DNA from: Gammaproteobacteria bacterium
GTDB lineage: Bacteria; Pseudomonadota; Gammaproteobacteria; JACKNK01
Direction: 5' to 3'
Assembly (NCBI GenBank): GCA_049604295.1
Contig: JBMYTL010000005.1
Span: 907 to 64,906, forward strand
Length of the DNA stretch: 64,000 nt
Each line of letters begins with the position of its first letter. Position 1 is the first letter of the stretch. The notes under the pieces are model-generated. The model made no database searches. It worked only from the letters and a program-made list of their open reading frames with translations, and had not been told where the DNA came from. Below are positions 36,486 to 46,665 of the stretch, piece after piece. The translations under genes were made by a program, and so were the position numbers.

Positions 36486-37811
36486 TCAGCGCGGTTGCGG
36501 AGCCAGTGTCTTGATGAAAACCTTGGAATTGCGCTGATAGTTATACATCGCCTGTCGTTGCACCGGCAGGTCGGTCAACCGCCCGGGAACGAAACCGCGC
36601 TCGCGGAACCAATGGGCCGTCTTGGTGGTGAGCACGGCGAGGGATGAGAGCCCCTGGTCGCGGGCGCGGCGCTCGATGAACTCCAGCAGGTCGTCGCCGC
36701 GGCCTCCGGTGCGGTAATCGGGATGGATAGCCACGCAGGCGAGTTCCGCCATGGCACCGTCCAGGTCGTGCAGGGCGGCACAACCGGCGATCAGGCCATC
36801 GCGGTCCAGAACGGTGAAGTCGTTGATCTCCAGTTCGATCTGTTCCCTGGAACGTCGCACCAGCACGCCCTGGTCTTCCAGCGGCGCGATCAACGCCAGA
36901 ATGCCTGCCACGTCCTCGATAGCCGCGGGCCTGATCTCCTCATACTGCTCGGAGGTGACCAGGGTGCCGATGCCGTCGCGGGTGAACAGCTCCAGCATGA
37001 GGGCACCATCGACGTGGTGATCAAGCAGGTGCGCCCGGCGGACCCCATTGCGACAGGCGTGTATGGCCGCGAACAGACTGTGGCCCAGGGGCGCAAGCGC
37101 ATTCAGACGCTCAAGCAGAGCGCTGGCCTCCCGGGGGGTCAGGCACGAGGACGCGGGGGCGTCGCTGTCACTGAGCGAGTCCGTCTCCGTGAGCAGAAGG
37201 AGTTTGTCCGCTTTCAGGGCGGAGGCAGCCGCCACCGCCACATCCTCGGCCGAGAGGTTGAATATCTCGCCGGTTGGCGAAAACCCGAGGGGCGAAAGCA
37301 GCACGATGTCACCGGCATCCAGACGCTGTCCTATACCTTCCGCATCGACCCGGCGTACCTCGCCGGTATGCATGAAGTCCTGGCCGTCCACGACGCCGAG
37401 GGGGCGGGCGGTGACGAAATTTCCGGAGGCGACGCGAATGCGCGCCCCGCCCATGGGCGAGTTGGCGACGCCCATGGACAGCATGGCTTCGATTTCCACC
37501 CGCAGTCGTCCCGCGGCTTCCTTGGCGGCCTCCAAACCGAGGTCATCGGTGACGCGCAGCCCATCAGCGTAGGCACTGTCGCCGCCCTGCGCGGAGATCA
37601 GGTCCTCGATCTGGGGACGCGCGCCGTGCACCAGGACCACGCGCACCCCGAGGCTGTTGAGCAGGGCCACGTCGTGCAGGGTGGATTGGAATACCGCGCC
37701 CGTTACCGCCTCGCCGCCGAACTGAATGACAAAGGTCCGGTTGCGATGGGCGTGTATGTAGGGCGCCGATTGGCGGAACCACTGGATGAAGGATTGGCCG
37801 GAATCGTCCAC
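36486..37811 (-). CDS. argA: Amino-acid N-acetyltransferase (N-acetylglutamate synthase)
   Basis: WFRQSAPYIHAHRNRTFVI, LVHGARPQI, ELFTRDGIGT, C-terminal GNAT domain ending YNYQRNSKV. Confidence 0.96.
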   Translation of the reverse strand: MDDSGQSFIQWFRQSAPYIHAHRNRTFVIQFGGEAVTGAVFQSTLHDVALLNSLGVRVVLVHGARPQIEDLISAQGGDSAYADGLRVTDDLGLEAAKEAAGRLRVEIEAMLSMGVANSPMGGARIRVASGNFVTARPLGVVDGQDFMHTGEVRRVDAEGIGQRLDAGDIVLLSPLGFSPTGEIFNLSAEDVAVAAASALKADKLLLLTETDSLSDSDAPASSCLTPREASALLERLNALAPLGHSLFAAIHACRNGVRRAHLLDHHVDGALMLELFTRDGIGTLVTSEQYEEIRPAAIEDVAGILALIAPLEDQGVLVRRSREQIELEINDFTVLDRDGLIAGCAALHDLDGAMAELACVAIHPDYRTGGRGDDLLEFIERRARDQGLSSLAVLTTKTAHWFRERGFVPGRLTDLPVQRQAMYNYQRNSKVFIKTLAPQPR

Positions 37812-37886
37812 GGCAGGGTGCGGTTTATGGGGTGTGGATCGGATTATGACGGTGAATCCGGTCCTGATGCAGCGTTCCCGGTGAAA

Positions 37887-39047
37887 TCAACGCCCACAGA
37901 AGCGCTCGATGAGGCGGGTGAGGATGTCCAGGGTCGGGGTGATCCGGTCCAGGGGAAGGTGCTCGTTGGGCTGGTGGGCACAGCCGATGTCGCCGGGGCC
38001 CAGGATCACCGTGTCGATGCCGAGCGAGGCGTAGAACGGTCCCTCGGTAGCGAAGGCTACGGCCTGGGCCGGATGTCCGCAAAACTCCTCGCAGGCGCGA
38101 ACGATGGGTGCATCCGCGGCAGTCTCGAAGGCCTCGACCCCCCCGAACAGGGCGGTCCATTCGATGCCCAGACCTGAATTGGAGAGGATCGTCTCGACCC
38201 GTTCCCGGAAGCCCGCGCGCAGAGCTTCCAGCGGCATGCCGGGCAGGAACCGCATGTCGAAGGTCAGTTCGCACTGCGGGCAGATCCGGTTGGGATTGTC
38301 GCCCCCCTGAATACGCCCCAGGTTGAGGGTCGGAACCGGAACGCTGAAGGCCCCGTTGCGGTAGCGAGCCTGCATCTCGGCGCGCCAGGCCAGCAGCGCC
38401 GCCATGGATTTCTGCATGCCTTCGAGCGCGCTGTTGCCCAGTGATGGGTCGCTTGAATGGCCGGATCGCCCGATCAGGCGCAGGGATTCCATGAGAATGC
38501 CCTTGTGCATGCGCACCGGACGCAGGCTGGTGGGTTCACCGATGATGCAGACCGCGCCTTTGGGGAGTTCGAGCTTGTGCAGCGCGCGCCCACCGGACAT
38601 GGAGCTTTCCTCGTCGGCGGTGGCGATCAGGGTGATGGGCGCGCGCAGATGGCTGGGGTGAAACTGGCGACTGGCCTCCATGGCCATGGCCAGGAAGCCC
38701 TTCATGTCGGAGATGCCCAGGCCATGGAGCGCACCATCGCGCTCCACCAGTTCGAATGGATCGCTGTCCCATCGGTCGGTGTCGTAGGGCACCGTGTCCG
38801 TGTGGCCTGAAAGAATCAGCCCACCGCTGCCATCGGGGTGGTCGGGTTTGAGGGTGGCAATAAGGTTTGCCTTGGCGGGCGCGCCATCAAGCCGTTGCAC
38901 CTCCACCTCGAATCCCAGGTCATCCAGCCAGGGCAACATGTGCTGGATCAGGTCCAGGTTGCCCTGGTCGTACTGGGGCGCCACGGAGCTGACCGAGGGG
39001 ATGGCGACCAACTCGCGCATCATGTCCATAAGTGGGGGTGTTTTCAT
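37887..39047 (-). CDS. argE: Acetylornithine deacetylase
   Basis: SGHTDTVP, DMKGF, ADEE, IIGEPT, GGDNPNRIC, AHQPNE; adjacent to argA. Confidence 0.95.
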   Translation of the reverse strand: MKTPPLMDMMRELVAIPSVSSVAPQYDQGNLDLIQHMLPWLDDLGFEVEVQRLDGAPAKANLIATLKPDHPDGSGGLILSGHTDTVPYDTDRWDSDPFELVERDGALHGLGISDMKGFLAMAMEASRQFHPSHLRAPITLIATADEESSMSGGRALHKLELPKGAVCIIGEPTSLRPVRMHKGILMESLRLIGRSGHSSDPSLGNSALEGMQKSMAALLAWRAEMQARYRNGAFSVPVPTLNLGRIQGGDNPNRICPQCELTFDMRFLPGMPLEALRAGFRERVETILSNSGLGIEWTALFGGVEAFETAADAPIVRACEEFCGHPAQAVAFATEGPFYASLGIDTVILGPGDIGCAHQPNEHLPLDRITPTLDILTRLIERFCGR

Positions 39048-39208
39048 GGGGCGGATTGTGTGCCCCGCTGTTGGAAGGCGGCAAGCGGCTTGCGTTCGCT
39101 CATGTCGGGAGGTGGCCGGTTGTGGCAGACTGCGCGGCTTGATTTCTTTTCAGGTGACGGACCACGGCGACGCACAGCAGTTGTGCGGGTAAACCGAGGC
39201 AGATTCAC

Positions 39209-41227
39209 TTGCAGACCACGCACGCTGGCGTCCGAGACCAAAAACAAGGCCTCTTGTCGTGGATCTGGGCCTCGTATATCCGCGCCGCGTTGATCCCGCT
39301 GCTGTTGATCGAGTTGGTTCTGGTGGCGGCCTATCTGGTGACCAATGACCGGGTTCGCGAGAAGAATATCGACGCCTTGCGGGAGATGGCCGCCGAGCGC
39401 CTTTATGTCTTCGCCGGCCTGAAAGGCGAGACGATCAGCCAGGAGCTGGTCGGTGTGACCCGTTCGACGGATTTTTATCGGGAAGTTGTGCGCGATGCGC
39501 TTGCGCGCGGGATCGACGCCTCTGCCGAGCCTGCACGTTCCCTGGCGCGTTCCCCGGGTGGTGCACGTTATACCGACCGGGATGATGGCGGTTTCGCCGT
39601 GTTCTACAGTGCGATCACCAACGTGGGTGACGACGAACTGGCGAAGGTGGAGCGACTGCGCGCGACGGATGCGGCCATGAAGAAGATCCTCGCCAGTCAC
39701 GAGGACGTGGTGCAGATCTACTTCAACAGTTTTGATTCGCTCAACGTCATCCGTCCGTATTTCGATGTGCTCGAGCAGTACCCCGAGCGCATGGATATCC
39801 CGAGTTACAACTTCTATTACCTCGCCGATGCCGCGAACAACCCTGAGCGTGCACCGGTGTGGACCGATGTGTACGTGGACCCCGCGGGCCAGGGATGGAT
39901 GGCGTCCTGTATCGCGCCGGTCTATCGGGATGACTTTCTCGAGGGCGTGGTGGGCCTCGACATGACCGTGAAACAGATCGTCGAGCGTATCGAGACCCTT
40001 GAGGTCCCCTGGGGTGGGTATGCGCTGCTGTTGGATAAGAGCGGGACCATCATGGCCATGCCACCCGCGGCGGAAGCGGATTGGGGCGTGCGTGAGTTGA
40101 CCGACCACACCTACGCGCAGGCCATCGTGCGCGATATTTTCAAGCCCGAAGCCTTCAATATCGTCAAGCGTACGGATACGGGCCGGTGGGGCCGAAGTGT
40201 AATGGAGCGCAGCGAGGGTTTTGAGGTGGTCGATTTCAAAGGCCAACAAGCCGTCGCCTGGAGCACGATCGCGCAAACCGGTTGGAAGCTGCTCATGGTG
40301 GTCCCTGAATCGAACATCTACACGCGCGTCAACACGCTCCGGGACCAGATCCGGAAACTGGGTTTCCTCATGCTGCTCGGCTTGGCGGTGTTCTACATGT
40401 TCTTCTTTGCCTACCTGGCGTACCGTGCGCGTCGCATGAGCGCTGCCCTGGCGACGCCCCTGCTGCGCATCTCGCGGATGAGCGATGCCATCCGTACGGG
40501 GCACTATGACCACAAGCCGGAACCGGTCGGTCTGCACGAGATCGATGCCACCGCGCGCAGTGTCGCCGAGCTGGGCCGGGCCCTGGGGGGCGAGTTGCAG
40601 GCAAGGCGCGCCGCCGAGGACAGCCTGGCCGAGGTCAACGCATCACTGGAGCATCGGATCGAAGACCGGACCCGGGAACTGCGTGAACAGATCGCACTCA
40701 GCAAGGAGCTTGAGGAAGAGTTGCGCAGCATGGCGCAGTACGACCCGCTCACGGGGCTGCCCAATCGTCGTCTGTTCGATGACCGGGTGCAGCAGGCGGG
40801 GGCGCTGGCCCAGCGCAGGGGGAAGGTCTTTGCCCTGCTGTTTATCGATCTGGATAGGTTCAAACCCGTCAACGACACCTACGGCCATGGGGCGGGTGAC
40901 GAATTGCTCAAGCAGGTGGCGGAACGTCTCAAGGAAGGGGTGCGTGCCTCGGATACGGTGGCACGCCTCGGTGGCGATGAGTTCTGTCTGCTGCTGTTGG
41001 ATGTGGATTGCCTGCTTAATGCCGAGGCCGTGGCGCAAAAGCTGCTCGATGAGATCAACAAGCCATTCGACTTGAGCGTGGGGCAGGTCAGCATCTCGGC
41101 CAGCATCGGCGTTGCCCTGTTCCCGCACGAGGGGATCGACTGGGAAGATGCCTTGCGCGAGGCGGATGCGGCCATGTACCGCGCCAAGCGCTCGGGCCGC
41201 AACACAGTCGCACTTATGGATGACTGA
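39209..41227 (+). CDS. Diguanylate cyclase with periplasmic Cache sensor and HAMP-like linker
   Basis: Two TMs flanking WTDVYVDPAGQGWM; DPLTGLPNR, DLDRFKPVNDTYGH, RLGGDEF. Confidence 0.92.
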   Translation: MQTTHAGVRDQKQGLLSWIWASYIRAALIPLLLIELVLVAAYLVTNDRVREKNIDALREMAAERLYVFAGLKGETISQELVGVTRSTDFYREVVRDALARGIDASAEPARSLARSPGGARYTDRDDGGFAVFYSAITNVGDDELAKVERLRATDAAMKKILASHEDVVQIYFNSFDSLNVIRPYFDVLEQYPERMDIPSYNFYYLADAANNPERAPVWTDVYVDPAGQGWMASCIAPVYRDDFLEGVVGLDMTVKQIVERIETLEVPWGGYALLLDKSGTIMAMPPAAEADWGVRELTDHTYAQAIVRDIFKPEAFNIVKRTDTGRWGRSVMERSEGFEVVDFKGQQAVAWSTIAQTGWKLLMVVPESNIYTRVNTLRDQIRKLGFLMLLGLAVFYMFFFAYLAYRARRMSAALATPLLRISRMSDAIRTGHYDHKPEPVGLHEIDATARSVAELGRALGGELQARRAAEDSLAEVNASLEHRIEDRTRELREQIALSKELEEELRSMAQYDPLTGLPNRRLFDDRVQQAGALAQRRGKVFALLFIDLDRFKPVNDTYGHGAGDELLKQVAERLKEGVRASDTVARLGGDEFCLLLLDVDCLLNAEAVAQKLLDEINKPFDLSVGQVSISASIGVALFPHEGIDWEDALREADAAMYRAKRSGRNTVALMDD

Positions 41228-41282
41228 CGGGGTGGATGACTGACGGGGTGGATAACTGACGGGGTGCGTGCCTGACGGGGCA
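41219..41282 (+). repeat. 16-bp tandem repeat, four copies, overlapping the DGC stop codon
   Basis: GATGACTGACGGGGTG, GATGACTGACGGGGTG, GATAACTGACGGGGTG, CGTGCCTGACGGGGCA. Confidence 0.85.
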
Positions 41283-41416
41283 GGAAGACCTGCTGGTCCC
41301 GCGTTCTGATACAAAGGGGCTGTGACCCGGGGGGGCGAACCCGGATCGTCCCCGTCAAGCGCTGTAACCGGACCGTGGCCCGGACGGATGCCCGCTGGGT
41401 GATCCGCGGGTCAGGG

Positions 41417-43150
41417 CTACTTCTTCTTGGGCATATACAGGTCGGTGATGGTGCCTTCAAAGGCCTCCGCTGCCATGGCGACCGTCTCGGAGAGCGTCGG
41501 GTGGGGGTGGATGCTGAGCCCGATATCCTCGGCGTCACAGCCCATCTCGATGGCCACCACCACCTCGGCGATCAGGTCTCCCGCATTGGGACCGACGATG
41601 CCGGCTCCGATCACCCGCTTGCTGTCCTCGTCGAAGATCAGCTTGGTCAGACCCTCCGAACGTCCCAGGGACAGTGAGCGGCCGCTGGCGGCCCAGGGGA
41701 AGTTGCCGACGCCGTAATTGATGCCCTGTTTCTTGGCTTCGGGCTCGGATACCCCGACCCAGGCCACTTCCGGGTCGGTATAGGCCACCGAGGGGATGAC
41801 CGAGGCATCGAAGCCGCTCTTTTCGCCCGCGCAGACCTCGGCGGCGACCTTGCCTTCGTGAACGGCCTTGTGGGCCAGCATGGGCTGTCCGACGATGTCG
41901 CCGATGGCGAAGATGTGACTGACATTGGTGCGCATCTGGGCATCCACGTCGATGAACCCGCGTTCGCCCACCTGAACACCCGCGCGTTCGCAGCCGATGC
42001 GGGTGCCATTGGGCGTGCGCCCCACGGCGACCAGAACCTTGTCGAAACGCTGGGGCTCGTCCGGTGCCTTGGCCCCGGAGAAGTGCACCCAGAGACCATC
42101 GTCTCTCGCCTCGATGCGATCCACGGAGGTCTTCAGCCAGATGTCGGCATATTGCTTGCGGATGCGGTTGAACAGCGGGCGCACCAGCTGTGGGTCGCAG
42201 CCGGGGATGATCTGGTCCTGCAATTCGACGATGGACACCTCTGAACCCAGCTCGTGGTACACGGTGGCCATCTCCAGCCCGATGATCCCGCCGCCGACTA
42301 CCAGGAAGCGCCCGGGAACGCCGTCCAGTGCCAGGGCACCGGTGGAGTGGATCAGGCGCGGGTCATCCCAGGGCCAGGAGGGGATTTTCACAGGCTCCGA
42401 ACCGGCCGCGATGATCGCGTTCTGGAAATGTACCGTGGTCGTGCCATCGCCGCCCTGCACTTCAATCTCATGGGCGGAACGGAACCGGCCATAGCCATTC
42501 ACTACCTGGACCTTGCGTTGCTTGGCCAGTTGTTTGAGTCCCCCGGTGAGCTTCTTGACCACCGACTCCTTCCAGCCACGCAGTTTGTCGATGTCGATAT
42601 TCGGTTCCGCGAACTCGACACCGAACTCGCTCATCTCCCGGGATTCGGAGATGACCTTGGCCGCGTGCAGAAGGGCCTTGGACGGGATGCAGCCCACGTT
42701 CAGGCACACACCGCCGAGGCTGTCGAAGCGTTCGATGAGCACGGTCTTGAGGCCGAGGTCCGCCGCACGGAAGGCGGCGGTATAGCCACCAGGGCCGGAA
42801 CCGAGGACGACCACGTCGCAATGAACCCCGTCGCCGGCGGAGGCTCCGCCGGTCGGAGTTTCCTGTTTCCGGGGGGAGGTGCCGGTGGGTTTGTCGGCGC
42901 CCGCCTCGTCCGCCAACACGAGGCTCAGGATCACGTCGCCTTCGGAAACGCTGTCACCCACCTTTACTTTGACGGCCTGTACGGTGCCCGCTCTCGTGGC
43001 GGGGACATCCATGGCGGCCTTATCGGACTCCAGGGTGATCAGCGGCGCGTCGACGGTGATGGCGTCGCCAGCGGCCACATGGACCTCGATGATCTCCACG
43101 CTGGAGAAATCGCCGATATTGGGGACTTTGACTTCGATGACTGTGCTCAT
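41417..43150 (-). CDS. lpdA: Dihydrolipoamide dehydrogenase with N-terminal lipoyl domain
   Basis: LESDKAAM lipoyl motif; GSGPGGY, GGVCLNVGCIPSK, HPHPTLSE. Confidence 0.96.
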   Translation of the reverse strand: MSTVIEVKVPNIGDFSSVEIIEVHVAAGDAITVDAPLITLESDKAAMDVPATRAGTVQAVKVKVGDSVSEGDVILSLVLADEAGADKPTGTSPRKQETPTGGASAGDGVHCDVVVLGSGPGGYTAAFRAADLGLKTVLIERFDSLGGVCLNVGCIPSKALLHAAKVISESREMSEFGVEFAEPNIDIDKLRGWKESVVKKLTGGLKQLAKQRKVQVVNGYGRFRSAHEIEVQGGDGTTTVHFQNAIIAAGSEPVKIPSWPWDDPRLIHSTGALALDGVPGRFLVVGGGIIGLEMATVYHELGSEVSIVELQDQIIPGCDPQLVRPLFNRIRKQYADIWLKTSVDRIEARDDGLWVHFSGAKAPDEPQRFDKVLVAVGRTPNGTRIGCERAGVQVGERGFIDVDAQMRTNVSHIFAIGDIVGQPMLAHKAVHEGKVAAEVCAGEKSGFDASVIPSVAYTDPEVAWVGVSEPEAKKQGINYGVGNFPWAASGRSLSLGRSEGLTKLIFDEDSKRVIGAGIVGPNAGDLIAEVVVAIEMGCDAEDIGLSIHPHPTLSETVAMAAEAFEGTITDLYMPKKK

Positions 43151-43288
43151 GGATCCATCGGTGTGGTGGACCGCCCGGGCAAGGCGGTGAAGGTCGGGGC
43201 CGGGCTCAATGCTGAGTATTGGGCGGGGCAGGGTGCGCCAGTATAGCGGTCGCCGGGTGGCCCCATGCAGGCTTGTGGCGGGTATCGA

Positions 43289-45466
43289 TCACGTCGAGCC
43301 GACCGCGGGTGAGGAGGACGCAGCGATTGCCTTGGGCAGATCAAGGCTGAACCGGACCGTATCCGGCGCCCGATTCTCGGCGTGGACCCGCCCGCCGTGA
43401 AAATGGGCGACCAGGCGGACGATGTACAGACCCAACCCCAGGTGAGGGGAGGTCGAGTCCGTGCCAGCCGTGCGCACGGAGACCATGGAATCGAACAGGC
43501 CCTCGCGCATGTTCCCGGGTAATGCCGGACCACGATTGCTGACCGCCAGCCGCCAGACGCGGTCCGTCCCGTGGATGGTCAGGCCCACCGGTGCATCGTC
43601 GATGCTGAAGTCCACGGCGTTATCGACCAGTTTGTCCAGGGCCTGCGCGATGAGGTCCGGCGAACCGTCCACCCACGCGGGGCCCGCGGGCAGATCGATC
43701 TCCAGGTTCGCGTCGGGGTAGGCATCGCGGTATCCCTGGGCACAGTTGCGCACCAGCGCGGCCAGGTCAAAGGTCTCGCGATCCATCTGGTCGATGGCCT
43801 GCTCCAGGCGGCGTGCCTCGCTCATACGCGTCAGGATGGTGCTGAGTCGTTCCAGGCCCTCGCGGGCACGGGTGCTGTAGGTATGGGCATCGGGCCCCAG
43901 ATCCATGCTGTCGAGGTTGTCCAGTGAGGAGCGCACCACGGCGACCGGTGTGCGCAACTCGTGAGACAGTTTTCCCGCCATGGTTTCGAGGTAGCGGGTG
44001 TACTGGCGCAGGCGCGCCAGCATGGTGTCCACATCGCGCGCGAGGTCGCCGATCTCATCGGCGGCGCGTGTTCCCGGGACTTCGACATCCAGAACCTGTC
44101 CGTCCTCGGCGATGGCTCCGGAGGCTGCATCACGCAGGCGACGGATACGACCGGAGAGGCGCGCGGCAAACAGGACGAGCAGCAGGGCCACGGCGGCGAA
44201 GACCGCCAGGGTGAGTGCCAGCAACTGTTCCAGTGCGCGGCCCTGAAGGGTGAGGATCGCCGCCGTGGTCTGTTCGGCCAGTACCGCGCCGATCACCTGT
44301 TTGCGACCCGTGCTTCTGGAGTCTACGGGTCCCGAGGCCGTCAGCAGGTGGGTGGTTCCGTCACCCAGGGCGCGTCTGCGCAGCAGGGCGCGTCCCTCCA
44401 GGGCACCCTGGACTTCCGGGCCGTCCAGTCTGCCCGCATGTTGGCGTGGATCCGAAAACCCCGGGCCCAGCAGGGCGCGTCCGAGCAATGCCAGGCGGGA
44501 AAGCAGGGATTGGCCGGCGGCCAGATCGGCGGGACTTTGCAATCCTCCGCCCATGGCCAGCACGCGGCCGCGCCGGTCGACCACCCAGATCCGTGCCCGC
44601 GAGCGGTCCAGGGCGGCCAGCATGTCGGAGATCGCCTGGGACGGCAGGATCAGGGGCAGGGGGGTCCCATCCCGGGCTGTGCCCACGCCCGGGGTAGGCT
44701 CCTTTTGCCCGTCCAGCGGGGAGACGACCGACACACCGAGTCCTCCGGCCGCAAGGCTGGCCGGCATGCTGAACTCCAGGGCCCAGCCGTCAGCCAGGGC
44801 TGTCCACTGAGCGGGAATACGGTTCTCGTTCCAGTAACGTTCGGTTCCCGCTCCGTCACGGTAGGCGAGGCGGGCATTGAGCCAACCCGGAGCGGCGGTG
44901 GCAAACAGGTAACGTCGGGTGATCCCCGATCGGGTGCGGGCGGTCAGTTCGATGTGATCGCCCGAGCGTGGTTGGCCGGGATTGCGTTGGAAGTGGGATA
45001 CCCCGCCGGGCACGCGGATGAGACCGAACAGGCGTTCCTCCCGGGTACCGAGCAGCAGGGTGGGGCCCGCTGTCGGGGTGGCGTTCTGGGTATGTACGGT
45101 GCGTCGCTGATCGGGGCCGTGGTGTTCCAGGGGCTGGCCGTTATGACGCAGGTCGCCCCAGTCATCGGCGTATCCATCCAGTTGTGGGGCTTGGGGCAGG
45201 GGGAAGGCGTACAGGGACGGGCCATCACCGGCGGGCGGAAACAGACCGGGGCGCTCGCGCAGGGCGGTGGCCACGGCCTGCGCGGTGGCCCGCAGGGCAT
45301 CTTCCTGCCGGTCCCGCAGGTAATCCTCCATTCCCTTGAGGTACTGGTAGCCCGCCCAGGGCAGGCTCAGCAACGCCAGCGATACCGCCAGCAGTTTGCC
45401 GCGCAGTCCTATGCCCGGGCCCGCGCGTCCCGTGCGCCCATCGGTTCGTGTTTTCACGCCGGGCAA
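43289..45466 (-). CDS. pdsS: Proteobacterial dedicated sortase system sensor histidine kinase
   Basis: GLRGKLL...LPWAGYQY, PQLDGYADDW, HAMP (DEIGDL), LSHELRTP, HLGLGLYIVR; lies with a PdsR-like regulator and a sortase-like gene. Confidence 0.85.
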   Translation of the reverse strand: MPGVKTRTDGRTGRAGPGIGLRGKLLAVSLALLSLPWAGYQYLKGMEDYLRDRQEDALRATAQAVATALRERPGLFPPAGDGPSLYAFPLPQAPQLDGYADDWGDLRHNGQPLEHHGPDQRRTVHTQNATPTAGPTLLLGTREERLFGLIRVPGGVSHFQRNPGQPRSGDHIELTARTRSGITRRYLFATAAPGWLNARLAYRDGAGTERYWNENRIPAQWTALADGWALEFSMPASLAAGGLGVSVVSPLDGQKEPTPGVGTARDGTPLPLILPSQAISDMLAALDRSRARIWVVDRRGRVLAMGGGLQSPADLAAGQSLLSRLALLGRALLGPGFSDPRQHAGRLDGPEVQGALEGRALLRRRALGDGTTHLLTASGPVDSRSTGRKQVIGAVLAEQTTAAILTLQGRALEQLLALTLAVFAAVALLLVLFAARLSGRIRRLRDAASGAIAEDGQVLDVEVPGTRAADEIGDLARDVDTMLARLRQYTRYLETMAGKLSHELRTPVAVVRSSLDNLDSMDLGPDAHTYSTRAREGLERLSTILTRMSEARRLEQAIDQMDRETFDLAALVRNCAQGYRDAYPDANLEIDLPAGPAWVDGSPDLIAQALDKLVDNAVDFSIDDAPVGLTIHGTDRVWRLAVSNRGPALPGNMREGLFDSMVSVRTAGTDSTSPHLGLGLYIVRLVAHFHGGRVHAENRAPDTVRFSLDLPKAIAASSSPAVGST

Positions 45467-46149
45467 CGCCAGCGGTAGCCCATGCCGTAAACCGTTTCGA
45501 TGCAGTCGAATGGTTGAGTGACCTGTTCGAACTTGCGTCTCAATCGCTTGATATGTGAGGTGACCGTGGCGGTATCGACCACGGTGTTGGCGTCGTCCAT
45601 GAGCTGTTCCCGGGTCTTCACATGTCCGGGTCTGCGCGCCAGCGAGTGCACGATCCAGAATTCCGTGACGGTCAGGTCAAGGACCGTGCCGTGCCAGCGG
45701 CAGACCATGCGCCCCAGCTCCAGGGACAGCGGCCCGGCCTCCACCCTCTCGTCGGATTCGGCCGGGGCGGACAGTGCGTCGGTGCGGCGGAACAGGGCAG
45801 CCACGCGTGCCAGCAGGTGGGGTAGGGAGATGTCCTTGGTCAGGTAGTCGTCCGCGCCCAGGCGCAGGCCCGAGATGGCATCGAAGTCACTGTCGCGCGC
45901 GGTGAGAAACATGATGGGGACCGAGCGCGAGCGTGCGCGCAGGTCACGTACCAGCTCGAAGCCGCCTTCCGGTTCGTCGCCCAGGCCGATGTCCACGATG
46001 GCGAGGTCGGGAAGGCGGTTCTCGAATGCGGCGAGGGCCGCGCCGCGGCTGGCGTGGGTGTCCACGCTGTAGCCCTGGCGGCGAAAGGCATCCGCGTAGT
46101 TGTCGCGGATGGCGGCTTCGTCTTCAACGATGGCGATACGTCGGGGCAT
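45454..46149 (-). CDS. pdsR: OmpR-family response regulator of the dedicated sortase system
   Basis: IAIVEDEAAIRDNY, DIGLGDEPEGGF, GLRLGADDYLTKDISLPH, LTVTEFW, TSHIKR. Confidence 0.9.
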   Translation of the reverse strand: MPRRIAIVEDEAAIRDNYADAFRRQGYSVDTHASRGAALAAFENRLPDLAIVDIGLGDEPEGGFELVRDLRARSRSVPIMFLTARDSDFDAISGLRLGADDYLTKDISLPHLLARVAALFRRTDALSAPAESDERVEAGPLSLELGRMVCRWHGTVLDLTVTEFWIVHSLARRPGHVKTREQLMDDANTVVDTATVTSHIKRLRRKFEQVTQPFDCIETVYGMGYRWRCPA

Positions 46150-46251
46150 GGCTGTGGCCTGGGTCGGGGGAGGCGGGATGCGCCTGGATTGCTGACCTTT
46201 GTAGGACCTGCGGTGGCGTATGCGCAAGGGCCGTGGATGAGCGCGGCGGCC

Positions 46252-46273
46252 TTGCCAGAATTTCGCCCGAATT
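46252..46273. promoter_or_regulatory. 11-bp tandem direct repeat, candidate PdsR box
   Basis: TTGCCAGAATT TCGCCCGAATT in the divergent intergenic region. Confidence 0.4.
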
Positions 46274-46479
46274 CGTCTTGCTGGTGCCCGCCGGGGGCCG
46301 GGCATTGCCCGGGTGCGGGTCTGAAATGCGATCCCAGGTGGTGCGCGACACATCGGGTTCACTCCTCGCCCGGGGCCCGCTCCACTGTCCACTCCCGGCG
46401 CAGGCCAGGAATGCCGCTCCCTGCCAAGGATGGTGCGCTGGACCAATCCGCGAATCCGTATCGACAGGAGGTTTCCGCC

Positions 46480-46665
46480 ATGCACGGCACAGTCCCTTCG
46501 AAACCCGACTCCAGCACGGTTGGGGCATCAGTGGTGCCCCATTGCACCGATTTTCTGTTCTGGCCACCGGAGCACGCGGGTGCGTATCGGCGTGTCGCGC
46601 CATCCAACCCCCGCGCTCGTCCCGAGCAACCGACCGTGCCGACGTGTTCATCGAGGTCGCTTTGA
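46480..46665 (+). CDS. Possible 61-aa small ORF coupled to the sortase-like gene
   Basis: AGGAGG RBS before the ATG; its TGA overlaps the next ATG (TGATG). Confidence 0.4.
   Translation: MHGTVPSKPDSSTVGASVVPHCTDFLFWPPEHAGAYRRVAPSNPRARPEQPTVPTCSSRSL

Noticed and set aside
41219-41282. CRISPR array
   Set aside because: Units are 16 bp, directly abutting with no spacers, and there are no cas genes.
41417-43150. Lipoyl domain fused to LpdA as an unusual fusion
   Set aside because: This architecture is well known in several proteobacteria.
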